Source: Gammaproteobacteria bacterium (GTDB taxonomy: Bacteria; Pseudomonadota; Gammaproteobacteria; UBA7966). Taken from it: a stretch of 31,847 nucleotides of DNA. A program made the position numbers and the translations under genes. Positions 18,582 through 27,290 of this stretch are shown one piece after another. How positions within the stretch are numbered: position 1 is the stretch's first letter; the number at the start of each line of letters is the position of its first letter. The notes under the pieces are model-generated. The model was not told where the DNA came from and did no database searches. It saw nothing but the letters and a program-made list of their open reading frames with translations. The stretch is taken from NCBI GenBank assembly GCA_003485715.1, contig DNIF01000151.1:4260-36106 (forward strand). The letters are read 5' to 3'.

Positions 18582-18662
18582 TCATTGCCCCACACAAACA
18601 CGCACCACCCATGGATAGCACAACCCTATCGGCCGCGCAAATCACCCCGCCGCGCGATCTCG

Positions 18663-19736
18663 TCATGCGGGGAGGCTCGTGTCGGTGGTCGGGGCCTGCT
18701 GCCCGCTCGCGGCCCAGTTGACGCCGAAGTAGTCCGTGAGGCGCTGCCGCACGAAAAGGTCGTCGGCACGCGACGGGCTGGCGCCAGGCGCTGGCAGTTC
18801 GAAGCCGACCACAGCGAAGTACCGCCCGCACATGCGCTCCGATTGGGGTCGCGAGAAGGGGATGAATATCGCGGCATGGTCTCCGGCCCCAAGGTCATTG
18901 ACTGCGGGGTTCACGAACACGTCCTGCACAGGCCCCTCCACGAGGCCGGCCGTCTGGCCCACTTGGCTGAAAATGCTCGCGCGCCCGCCGCCACCGGCCA
19001 TGCGGCCATCGGCAATAATCCTCAGCATCTGCGGCGCGTCCGGGTTTGCCAGACGGACGCCTGACTGCCATCCGGCGATAAGCGCGTTAAGCGCTGCAGC
19101 CGGCGGGGCTGGGTTGATCAACTCCGTGCCCCACGACGGCGGGGCGCCAGTGGCGACCCAGTCGGTCCGGAACAAGGCAATGCTCCGATGCCCATCATCA
19201 GCATTGCCCACCACCTGCAAAACGGGCTGGTGGTGAAAAACACTGTAGCCCTCGTTGAAATGGCGGAATAGCACATACCACACCATGCCGCGCGATGGGT
19301 TAGGCGCAAATTCCCCGCATGCAGAGCTGCTGACGCCGCTCATTAGGTTGCCGTAAGCGGCGCGCCACTCGCACGCCCCTTCGGCGTGGGTCAGCGCAAC
19401 GTGCGCGTCGGCAATGTTTTCTTTCCGGCGCCACACTGCTCGCCCCGTTATCGAAACGTGGGTAAAAAAAATCCCACCGAAGCCAGCCGACCCGGTCAAA
19501 TGCTCTGGGTCAAGCGCCTCCCCCGGATAACCACACGACACCAGCTCGCCATCGCGCGGCGGCGTCCGGTATCGCACGCCTGCCGAGCTGGACGCCGCCC
19601 ACTGGTAATTCGCGGCGTGCGCCGTGCTGCCGTAGTTAATCAGCGTCTTGATGCGCATGGACTGCAGGCTCGAAAAATCGAGATTCAGCCGCGCATAGGT
19701 CGGGGCGCTCACACGGCGGGAGATAGATCGCCTCAA
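18663..19736 (-). CDS. Hypothetical protein, possibly ConA/LamG-like lectin fold (third gene of the insert)
   Basis: Probable TTG start overlapping the upstream TGA, with AAGAGG RBS. N-term YARLNLDFSSL and C-term CGRYFAVVGF...DDLFVRQRLTDYFGV loosely resemble LamG-type phage domains. Confidence 0.65.
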   Translation of the reverse strand: MRRSISRRVSAPTYARLNLDFSSLQSMRIKTLINYGSTAHAANYQWAASSSAGVRYRTPPRDGELVSCGYPGEALDPEHLTGSAGFGGIFFTHVSITGRAVWRRKENIADAHVALTHAEGACEWRAAYGNLMSGVSSSACGEFAPNPSRGMVWYVLFRHFNEGYSVFHHQPVLQVVGNADDGHRSIALFRTDWVATGAPPSWGTELINPAPPAAALNALIAGWQSGVRLANPDAPQMLRIIADGRMAGGGGRASIFSQVGQTAGLVEGPVQDVFVNPAVNDLGAGDHAAIFIPFSRPQSERMCGRYFAVVGFELPAPGASPSRADDLFVRQRLTDYFGVNWAASGQQAPTTDTSLPA

Positions 19737-21532
19737 GTGAAATACCTCTTGGTTGCAAGCGGCTTGCCCGGGTAGAGCTGAACCCCTATGGCCAGGCACT
19801 CAGTTTGGGCGGCCGGGAACGGGAGCTGGATGTAAAACATCCGGCCATCGCCCCTTCTGTACCTCATCATCCGGAACGGGTGGAACTCAACCTGATCAAG
19901 GCTGACTGCGACGCCAGACATCGACACGACGGACGGCCCGTCGAGGTCGTCCCGGTCGAAGAAAATCGTCTGCGGCTGGCCCGCTGTGTTCAGATCCCCG
20001 ATGCCGACCGGACGGACGAATCGCCCGTCATTCGCGTGGCCGGGACAAATCAGCCGAATCATGTTGTGGCCAAACAGGCTGAAGAACGCGCTGGGCATCA
20101 GGTCCATGCCGGTCGCCAGCGGGAAGGCCACGCACGACACCAGCGGCATGCCGATGCGCGTGATCGTCCCGGCGTTTCGGTCGATGACGATGTCGGCGCC
20201 CCCAACCCGCCACGGGCCTTGCTGGCCGGCGCTCACGTACCGCTCCAGGCGACACGAGACCGGCGTGGAAGACGTCATCAGCGCGTTCTCACAGGCGCCT
20301 GAAATGAGCTCCAGCACCCCCGCCCCCGCGTTCGGCTGCGTCGGCCCCCACCACGCGATGACGCGATTGTGGTAGGCGTGTGCCGGACTTTCACAGACAA
20401 CACGGGCCAGCTGGAACGTGCCGCTGGTGAAGCCGGCTTGCGTGAAGTTCAGGGTTCCAGTGCCGCCACCGCCGTTCGCGGTGACCCTCGTTGGCGTGAA
20501 CGAGACCAGCACGAACCCTGACGCCGGCAACTTGCTGGCCGCGTCCGAGCTGAACATCGCGCGGGGCTGCCCGCCGGCGAAGTTGTTGTAAGGCGATGGG
20601 CTGGTGCCGATGTCGCCGAACAGCCCAGCGCGGGCGCTCATCGGGGCGACGTTGTCGGTGGACGACACCTGCCACGGATGCTGTGGCGATTGGCGCACGG
20701 CCTGGCCTTGAAATATTCGGTCTTGCCCCTCGACCCCGATGCAATGCAGCAGCTCGTGCCCAAGCGGAACCGTCGGCTCGGCTGGGTTTACGATGCTGCG
20801 AATACCAATCTCGGGCGAGAACAGGTCCCATAGGCTAGCGCCGCCGTGCGTATAGGGCTGCGCTGGAATGTTGTGGTGCCCGCCATTGCCGCCCCACGCC
20901 ATGGGGGAATACGGGCCGGCCACGTTGCGGTATCGATACCAGAAACGATAGATGTCCTCCGTGAGCTCGGCGTTGGGGTAGCTCGTCCCTTCCGTTACCT
21001 TCGTCAACCGCACGGTGACGCTCGGCAACACCTCGTTACTGAAAATCTGGAAGATCTGCGAGTCACGGTAGAAGTAAATGCGCGAATCGTCGTAACCGCG
21101 CACGCAAACGGACCGCTCGTTGGGTGAGGCGACCCCGTCGATCTGGATGTTGAACCAGTCGCCCACGATGATGTCCGGGTCCAGTCGCGGGTTGTAGCCT
21201 GAAATCTCGATGGATGATTGCGCGCGATTGAATGTGACCGTGCGCCCAGTCAGCACAATCGAGGCGGGCAGATACCCGCCCATGCACATGGTGCCCGGCA
21301 CCGCCACTGACGGGCGGACGCGCGGGAACGTCCACTCTCTGTAATCAAGCCAGCGCGTGACGCCATCGGACCACCGCGTGCCGCGCAGCGTGCGGCTCAC
21401 TGGGTCGTTCACGCGCTGCGGCACCGCCTCGCCATTCATGCCGACGCCGTTGAAAATGTCGAACGCATCCCCGTTGTTCGGGGGCGGCCACCGCTCGAAG
21501 GCGCGGAACTTGGGCTGAACGAGCAACGGCAT
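19733..21532 (-). CDS. Hypothetical 599-aa beta-rich protein with HExxH motif (second gene of the insert)
   Basis: ATG at 21532 overlaps the upstream TGA (TGATG); long stop-free frame in lower-GC DNA; LGHELLHCIG at 20744-20758. Confidence 0.8.
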   Translation of the reverse strand: MPLLVQPKFRAFERWPPPNNGDAFDIFNGVGMNGEAVPQRVNDPVSRTLRGTRWSDGVTRWLDYREWTFPRVRPSVAVPGTMCMGGYLPASIVLTGRTVTFNRAQSSIEISGYNPRLDPDIIVGDWFNIQIDGVASPNERSVCVRGYDDSRIYFYRDSQIFQIFSNEVLPSVTVRLTKVTEGTSYPNAELTEDIYRFWYRYRNVAGPYSPMAWGGNGGHHNIPAQPYTHGGASLWDLFSPEIGIRSIVNPAEPTVPLGHELLHCIGVEGQDRIFQGQAVRQSPQHPWQVSSTDNVAPMSARAGLFGDIGTSPSPYNNFAGGQPRAMFSSDAASKLPASGFVLVSFTPTRVTANGGGGTGTLNFTQAGFTSGTFQLARVVCESPAHAYHNRVIAWWGPTQPNAGAGVLELISGACENALMTSSTPVSCRLERYVSAGQQGPWRVGGADIVIDRNAGTITRIGMPLVSCVAFPLATGMDLMPSAFFSLFGHNMIRLICPGHANDGRFVRPVGIGDLNTAGQPQTIFFDRDDLDGPSVVSMSGVAVSLDQVEFHPFRMMRYRRGDGRMFYIQLPFPAAQTECLAIGVQLYPGKPLATKRYFT

Positions 21533-22002
21533 CACTGCCACTCCAAGAAGACGTCAACGGTGCCAGACTCGGCAATCACGTCCGAGTCGATCCACAGCGA
21601 CTGAATGCCACCGGCCACAGAAAACTCGTAGAAGTCCAGCCCACCGCCCGGGGTCGTGTACGCGCGAAGCAAGCTCGCGGAGCCCACAAATGAATCCTGA
21701 CGCATCTGCGTCGCAGCCTCGGCTTGCGTAGCCGCGTTGAGACAGAACCGCACCACCTTGGCAGTCGGGGCTGACGAGCGCACGACAACACTCAGCACCC
21801 GGAATGCGTTCGCCGCGTTAAAGGCGATTACCGCCGTGGGAAACCCGCCGGTGTCGGTCCGCAGCGGATTCGTCCGCTGGGCGAAGGCCGCCGCGTTGAG
21901 CGTCCCGCCGCCGGCATCAGTCATCAGGCGGCCATCCGCGTCAACACGGACCCGCCGGTTCACCCCCGTCTCGGTCAACCCCCAAAGTTCTGTACTCAGC
22001 AC
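21532..22002 (-). CDS. Hypothetical 156-aa protein (first gene of the insert)
   Basis: Strong RBS AAGGAGG, GTG 1 nt after the portal stop; N-term RVRVDADGRL motif, beta-rich C-term. Confidence 0.8.
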   Translation of the reverse strand: MLSTELWGLTETGVNRRVRVDADGRLMTDAGGGTLNAAAFAQRTNPLRTDTGGFPTAVIAFNAANAFRVLSVVVRSSAPTAKVVRFCLNAATQAEAATQMRQDSFVGSASLLRAYTTPGGGLDFYEFSVAGGIQSLWIDSDVIAESGTVDVFLEWQ

Positions 22003-22003
22003 G

Positions 22004-23677
22004 TCAGCCTCCTTGCGGCGTCGTGTAGCCGCTGAACATTTGAATCACGTCGGTCAGGGCGTTCGGCTGGTCGGTGCGCGCGGCGCCGAGGTCACGCGCC
22101 ACCTTGGCCTGCTGCGCCATCTGCTCGGCCTGCGCGGCCGCCTGCTGCGCCTCGGCGCGCTGCTGGCGAATGATGGCCACGCGCTCGCCCGGCACAATCA
22201 GGTCCGGGTCGACGCCCAGCATGTCCGCGTACGCGTCGACCCAGCGGTCGGCGTCCAGCTTGTCCAGCGCCTCGGGCTTGAACTGCGCCACGGCGCCGAG
22301 GTTGGCGACGAAGCGGTCGATGCTGGTGGTTGCCACCGCCCGCTGCGCCTGCGCCAGCATGGAGACGAACTCGACCGACAGCTCGCGACCCTGCAGGTCG
22401 GGCGGCGGCGGCGGGATGGTGCCTGTGTCGGCCATGGCGTCGAAGGCCAGGTCAATCAGCGGGGACAGCAGCTCGGAGTGCAGGCGCTCGAGCACTGGCC
22501 CCAGCATCAGCAGCTTCTCCTCGTGCCGCTCGGCCACCTCGGTGGCCGTCATCTGCCGGCGGTCGCTCGATGCCAGCATCAGGAACAGGTCGGCGTAGAA
22601 CGACTCACGAATCCGCGTGCGGGTGTCCTGGATATCCATCAGCAGTCCGTTGAGGTCCAGTCGGACTTGCCACACGGGGCGGATGACCTGCCCTGATTGC
22701 TGGCCGTCATGGTAGGACACGCCGCCGGGCAGCAGGTCAACGCCATTGCCGGCCATCGAGGCCGGGGCCTCCACGGGCGGCATCGTCTGGTAGTCGATGG
22801 CCTGCGCCTTGCGCCGGTGCAGGTGCTGGAGTGCGCGCACGTCGCCCAGCGACTCATGCCCAGGCCCGGTGCCGTACACGTCGCCGCCGGACGTCACCCA
22901 GCGCGGTGCCACCGCCGGGAATCGCCGATAGCCCGACTCGCGCAGGAACTCGCGGGTCTGGTCGCCGGGCTCGAAATACACGCTGCGCCACGGCATGTTG
23001 CGGGCGTCCCGCCGGCGCACATCGCGGTCGGCGCGCGGCTCGATGGCGTGCGCGACAACTACGCCGGAGACGAGGTTGCCCGTGCGCCAGCGTCGGCTCA
23101 CCGACGGGCTGACGGACTCGAGACCGAACTGCCCCACCAGCTCACCAACCGTCATCTCGAACTGCCGATAGAGCGTGGTCACTTGGCCGAGGTGGTCCGT
23201 GGCAATGGCGTACTGCCCGGCCGTCAGCGGGTGATGCCAGACCACATGCTCGAAGTCTGGCGTGACCAGGTTCGCCGCCGTGCCGTACAGCGCCAGCTCC
23301 TCGTAGACCGAGTGCAGCGCGCGGTAGGTGTTGCCGGCGCCGAACAGCATCAGCATGCGGCGCTGAACGTCAGCCAGCCAGCGCTTGATGGAGTCCGACT
23401 CATCAAGCTCCGGGTCGGTCGTCGTCAACCGGAACCACGGCCTGGCCGGGCTCGTCATGCCGGCCATCATGCCGGCCGCCAGCGTGCGCAAAGCGCGGAT
23501 GCCGGACGAGTCCAGAATCTCCTGGTGCCGCCGCCGGCTGTCATTGCGCTCGCTGGGCTGGAACTGGCCGGTGTGCGGCAGGTAGGCGTCCGACAGGTCC
23601 TGCCAGCGGGCACGGTGCCCGCTCTGCTCGGTCCGTAGCCCTTGCCAGCGCTTGGTGTAGTCGCGCCGGGTCGTCAC
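22004..23677 (-). CDS. Portal (head-to-tail connector, T7 gp8 / Bbp21-like)
   Basis: ALRTLAAGMMAGMTSPARPWFRL; PRW...GDVYGTGPG...LGDVRALQ; MTATEVAERHEEKLLMLGPVLERLHSELLSPLID; VEFVSMLAQAQR. Confidence 0.96.
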   Translation of the reverse strand: MTTRRDYTKRWQGLRTEQSGHRARWQDLSDAYLPHTGQFQPSERNDSRRRHQEILDSSGIRALRTLAAGMMAGMTSPARPWFRLTTTDPELDESDSIKRWLADVQRRMLMLFGAGNTYRALHSVYEELALYGTAANLVTPDFEHVVWHHPLTAGQYAIATDHLGQVTTLYRQFEMTVGELVGQFGLESVSPSVSRRWRTGNLVSGVVVAHAIEPRADRDVRRRDARNMPWRSVYFEPGDQTREFLRESGYRRFPAVAPRWVTSGGDVYGTGPGHESLGDVRALQHLHRRKAQAIDYQTMPPVEAPASMAGNGVDLLPGGVSYHDGQQSGQVIRPVWQVRLDLNGLLMDIQDTRTRIRESFYADLFLMLASSDRRQMTATEVAERHEEKLLMLGPVLERLHSELLSPLIDLAFDAMADTGTIPPPPPDLQGRELSVEFVSMLAQAQRAVATTSIDRFVANLGAVAQFKPEALDKLDADRWVDAYADMLGVDPDLIVPGERVAIIRQQRAEAQQAAAQAEQMAQQAKVARDLGAARTDQPNALTDVIQMFSGYTTPQGG

Positions 23678-23678
23678 G

Positions 23679-24032
23679 TCACTCGCCCAGCAGCGTATTG
23701 CGGCCCAGCGTGAGGCTGGTCGGGGGCACCCCGGCAGGGCCGGTCAGCAGTGTGCCAGACATGCCTTGGCCATCACGCGCCCGAGTGTCGCGCAGGAACT
23801 GCGCCACGTCCGGCGTGCGCCGCTCCGCCTGCTGCTGGGCAGCGACAGCACCCTCCAGCACCGAACGCTGCTGGGCAGCCTGCTTCTGCATGGCGCGCTC
23901 GGCCCGGCGCTGCTGCTCGGGCGCCCGGATTGCCTGCACGACAGTGGCGCCCGCCCCTAAGATGCTCGCAACGGTCGCGGTGGCCTTGATCGCCGGCATC
24001 GCGGCTGCAATCAACGGTGCGACCAAAGCCAC
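23679..24032 (-). CDS. Small pre-portal virion protein (T7 gp7.3-like position)
   Basis: C-term GTLLTGPAGV...LG..TLLG motif typical of the gene just before the portal in this group. Confidence 0.75.
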   Translation of the reverse strand: MALVAPLIAAAMPAIKATATVASILGAGATVVQAIRAPEQQRRAERAMQKQAAQQRSVLEGAVAAQQQAERRTPDVAQFLRDTRARDGQGMSGTLLTGPAGVPPTSLTLGRNTLLGE

Positions 24033-24035
24033 GGC

Positions 24036-24524
24036 TCACCCCCTAAGGCGCTTAATGTGCGCCCGCTCGACCATAGCGTAGCCCAATTGCTGAACCAACT
24101 CCCCAACCCTCGCGCCTGACCCACGCACCAGGTCCGACACCACCACCGCCGACGCACCACCCTCGCGGCCCCACGCCTCGGCCGCCCGCAGTAGCCGGAC
24201 GCCAGCAGCCGACCCACGGTGCCGCTCATGCACCCACCAGCCACACACGGTGACCACGCGCGACCGGGGCGCCGCCCACGGCGCTGTCACCTGAGCGTAG
24301 AGCCCGCCCGCCAGCGCGGCGGCTCCATGCCGCGCCACCAGCAGCAAGTGGTCACTCGGGGCCAGCATCGTGTCCGGCGTCATCGTCAGCCCGCGCAGCG
24401 CCTCACGTGTCGCCGGGACGTCGAGCGGCAGGTACTCGCCCAGCCCCGAGTGCGCGTGGTACGGCGCCGCCATCTCGAGCAGCGCGTCAACATCACCCGG
24501 CCCAGCACGCTCGATGCGCATCAC
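24036..24524 (-). CDS. GNAT-family acetyltransferase
   Basis: MRIERAGPGDVDALLEM N-term; motif A WWVHERHRGSAAGVRLL...AEAWGRE.GA; LGY near the C-term. Confidence 0.82.
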   Translation of the reverse strand: MMRIERAGPGDVDALLEMAAPYHAHSGLGEYLPLDVPATREALRGLTMTPDTMLAPSDHLLLVARHGAAALAGGLYAQVTAPWAAPRSRVVTVCGWWVHERHRGSAAGVRLLRAAEAWGREGGASAVVVSDLVRGSGARVGELVQQLGYAMVERAHIKRLRG

Positions 24525-26065
24525 ATCACCCGGGATAGCGGGTCATAGTCGCGCCGCGCATGCGGCATCGTCGCAGGCCGGGGCCCCACGATGTTCGGCA
24601 CCTGCACCGGGTGGGCGAACGTCAGCGCCAGCGCGTCCGCCGCGTCCGGGCTTGCCTGCCCGCGCCTCTTCATGTCCTCCTTGCGCTCGAGCTGCAGCCG
24701 GTTGTCCACCGTGTAGGTGTACTCCGGCGCCGTCAGCTCGGACGCCAGCGCCTCGTCCGCCGGCATGGACCCGATGGCAAGCCACTCGCGCATCCGCGCC
24801 CACATCTCGGCCCGGAGGTTGGCGTAGGCGCGCGGCTGCGATGCCCGGCTGCCGAAGTTGACCTCGAGCGGCCGGTAGCCCAGCGCGCGCAGGCGGTCGA
24901 CCACACCACCGCCCACGCCACCGCCATCCACGAACAGCACGACGTCCGCGCCCACGCGCCGGAGCTCGTTGACATGCTCGCCCACACGCGCCGCCAGCTG
25001 CTGCGTGTCCACGCCGCGCAACGTCACGCGCGGATGCGACACGCCATCACGCCCGACCCTGGTGTAGATCACGCTCGCATCATCGCCGTACCGCGCCACG
25101 TCGACGCCCACCAGCACCTGCGCGCCGGCAATCGTGCCCACCGCCGGCCGGCGGCCCATGGCCCCGTCGACGAGCTCGCGCGCGATGAACTGCATCGACG
25201 AGGCGCTGGGGAACACGCCCCGCACGCGCACGCGCACGAAGTCGCTGTCTTCGCCCTCGTCCGCCACCCACTGCGCCAGGCGGTCCTTGTTGGTGATGGC
25301 CACGGTCCGCGAGTCAATCTGCCGGGTGATCCACCGATGCCGACGCGCGCCGAAACACTCAGCGAAGCGCCCTGTGTTACGCGTCGGGTTGCCGAACACG
25401 AACCACATCGGCTCGCCGTCGGTGGTGCCGCCCTCGGCGACCTCCCAGATCTTGTCGGGCACCGCGCTCGCCTCGTCGAACGCGTAGAACGGCGTCGACG
25501 TCGCCGCGTGCAGCCCGGCGAACGCCTCGGAGTTTTCCTCGCGGCAGGTCTGGGCGTCGCAGCGCCACGCGTCCGGTTGCTGCCGGTGCCGCATGCTCAT
25601 CGCGCCGCGCCCGGTGGTGATGTCCCACCAGTGCGCCGTGATGGACAGCCGCGCCCAGCGCGATATCTCGGCCCACGTCTTGGTCGCGAGCTGCTCGCTT
25701 GTGTTAGCCGTGACCACGCCGCGCGCGTGCGGCCGGGTGCTCATGATCCAGCCGACCAGCCACGCCGTGAGCGTGGACTTGCCGATGCCGTGGCCGCTCG
25801 CGACTGCCATCTGCAGCGCGGGCACGGGCGCGCGGCCGTCGAACCCGCGCCGCCGCACCTCGGCCCCGACGGTATCGAGGTACTCGCAGGCCCACGCGTC
25901 GGGGCCGTGCTTGCAGGGGTAGCGCGACGCCCACGGCTCGGACAGGCGCACCAGCTGCAGCCCGGGGTCGGTGTCCCACGGGTAGGCGTACATCACCCAG
26001 CCGAGCGGGTCGTCGTAGTAGCGCGCCATGTCGGCGGCTAGGTCCGCCTCGGTCAGGCGGGCCAC
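24521..26065 (-). CDS. terL: Terminase large subunit
   Basis: Walker A VASGHGIGKST, Walker B YAFDEAS, coupling motif FGNPTRNTGRF, RNase H nuclease GVDVARYGDD and SPDAADALALTF. Start reassigned to GTG 26065 (RBS GGAGGGG); the first 150 codons of the 664-aa ORF call are spurious. Confidence 0.96.
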   Translation of the reverse strand: MARLTEADLAADMARYYDDPLGWVMYAYPWDTDPGLQLVRLSEPWASRYPCKHGPDAWACEYLDTVGAEVRRRGFDGRAPVPALQMAVASGHGIGKSTLTAWLVGWIMSTRPHARGVVTANTSEQLATKTWAEISRWARLSITAHWWDITTGRGAMSMRHRQQPDAWRCDAQTCREENSEAFAGLHAATSTPFYAFDEASAVPDKIWEVAEGGTTDGEPMWFVFGNPTRNTGRFAECFGARRHRWITRQIDSRTVAITNKDRLAQWVADEGEDSDFVRVRVRGVFPSASSMQFIARELVDGAMGRRPAVGTIAGAQVLVGVDVARYGDDASVIYTRVGRDGVSHPRVTLRGVDTQQLAARVGEHVNELRRVGADVVLFVDGGGVGGGVVDRLRALGYRPLEVNFGSRASQPRAYANLRAEMWARMREWLAIGSMPADEALASELTAPEYTYTVDNRLQLERKEDMKRRGQASPDAADALALTFAHPVQVPNIVGPRPATMPHARRDYDPLSRVM

Positions 26066-26274
26066 GGGGTGCGCCCCTCCGCGCGGAGCTCGTCCGCCAC
26101 CTCGGCGCGGTAGCGCTCCAGCAAGGCCAGCGCCCACGGCGTCAGCAGCCGCACCGGGTGCGCGCGGAGCCCGCCTCCGGCAGCTAGCTCCAGCCGTAGG
26201 CCGCCTGACCGCAGCGACGACAGCACCTGCGCGCCGGTGAGGCCGGCCATCCAGTCTCGGGGCGCGCGGCTCAT
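26053..26274 (-). CDS. Small protein resembling the TubC N-terminal docking-domain family
   Basis: AQVLSSLRSGGLRLELAAGGGLRAHP...LTPWALALLERYRAEVADEL pattern; ATGA-coupled to the terS stop. Confidence 0.55.
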   Translation of the reverse strand: MSRAPRDWMAGLTGAQVLSSLRSGGLRLELAAGGGLRAHPVRLLTPWALALLERYRAEVADELRAEGRTPWPA

Positions 26275-27014
26275 GCCGTCGTCTCGGCCGCCAGCACTCG
26301 GCCGGATGCCGCCTCGCGGGCGTCGATGCGGGCGAGCTTGGCAACCGCTCGCGCCTCGCGCAGGGCGCGGCGTGCGGTGCGGAGCGTGTCGCGTGCCCGG
26401 GCGGCCGCCTCGGCGCGCTCTGTGGACTGTGGCTCGGCGGCGGCTCGCTCATCAGCCCGGGCTGCCCGCTTGTCGGCCTGCCGGGCGCGCAGCTCCAGCG
26501 TGGTGACTCGCTCAAGCGCGACGCGGGCCGCCTGGTCGAGTCTGCCCGCCACCAGCACCGCCCTGGGGGCGAGCTGCGGGCGCGTAGCTGGTGCAGGCAG
26601 CGCCTCGGGGCCGGCCGGCGTGGCAGCGCGCCCGCGCGCCGCCAGGATTGCAGCCGACACGTCGACGCCGACCGAGTGCTCGATGCGCTCGCGGTAGCGC
26701 TCGGGCCGCGCGCCCTTGAGGAGGAAAATCGTCAGCAGGTCACTGTAGTCGCGCACGCTGGTGAGCTGGCCGCCGACCATCACCTGGCGCTCGACGCCCT
26801 CGTAGGCCCGGCGGATCGCCTCATCCTCGAGCGAGTCCAGGCCGATGGCGCGCGCCTGGTCCCACTCGGCGGCGAAGGCCTGATTGTCCCGGCGCCACAT
26901 ATAGGCGGTCTGCCGGGTGATGCCGACCGCCTGGCACGCGCGGTCGACCCGACCGGCCCCGCTGGCCAGTGCCGCGCAGAACGCGGCCATTTTCTCCGGA
27001 GTCATTTTTGCCAT
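26271..27014 (-). CDS. terS: Terminase small subunit with C-terminal coiled-coil extension
   Basis: HTH ACQAVGITRQTAYMWR, AFAAEWDQA, LEDEAIRRAYEG, YSDLLTIFLLKGARPERYRE. Start ATG 27014 with AAGGGG RBS. Confidence 0.9.
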   Translation of the reverse strand: MAKMTPEKMAAFCAALASGAGRVDRACQAVGITRQTAYMWRRDNQAFAAEWDQARAIGLDSLEDEAIRRAYEGVERQVMVGGQLTSVRDYSDLLTIFLLKGARPERYRERIEHSVGVDVSAAILAARGRAATPAGPEALPAPATRPQLAPRAVLVAGRLDQAARVALERVTTLELRARQADKRAARADERAAAEPQSTERAEAAARARDTLRTARRALREARAVAKLARIDAREAASGRVLAAETTA

Positions 27015-27027
27015 CGTAACCCCTTGA

Positions 27028-27261
27028 TTAGAAAGGCTCCAGCTCCCTAACGACTTCATCCCACCCGTATATGTCGGGGCGCAGCACGTGACGGCTGACG
27101 CCCGTGAGTTGCTCCACTCTCTCCACCTGCCTGCCCGGGACGCGCTGCCACTCGTGGACTGTGGGGCGACTCAGGCCTAGCAGCGCCGCCAGCCTGCCGC
27201 GCGACCCCACCACGGCCACGGCCATCCTGAGTCCGTCGTCATCGATTACTCGCCTCGTCAC
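27028..27261 (-). CDS. Cro/YdaS-like HTH transcriptional regulator
   Basis: GSRGRLAALLGLSRPTVHEWQRVP...VERVEQLTGVSRHVLRPDIYG is the classic YdaS/Cro signature. Confidence 0.88.
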   Translation of the reverse strand: MTRRVIDDDGLRMAVAVVGSRGRLAALLGLSRPTVHEWQRVPGRQVERVEQLTGVSRHVLRPDIYGWDEVVRELEPF

Positions 27262-27290
27262 CGCTGCGCCCCGGGAGTCTGCCCGACCTA

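Noticed and set aside
18600-18660. Promoter upstream of the Bbp19-like gene (TTGCGC-17-TATCCA; GATAG/CTATC mini-repeat)
   Set aside because: The -10 lacks the conserved final T and the repeat is only 5 bp; too weak to call.
362-26041. Many long plus-strand ORFs (e.g. 362-1801, 1975-3549, 5767-7080, 10815-13073, 17489-18721, 24560-26041)
   Set aside because: Antisense shadows of high-GC3 minus-strand genes: Arg/His/Gly-rich, no motifs, no RBS.
26066-26515. N-terminal 150-codon extension of the 664-aa terminase ORF
   Set aside because: Low-complexity Arg/Pro text overlapping terS and the mini-gene; a good RBS and GTG exist at 26065.
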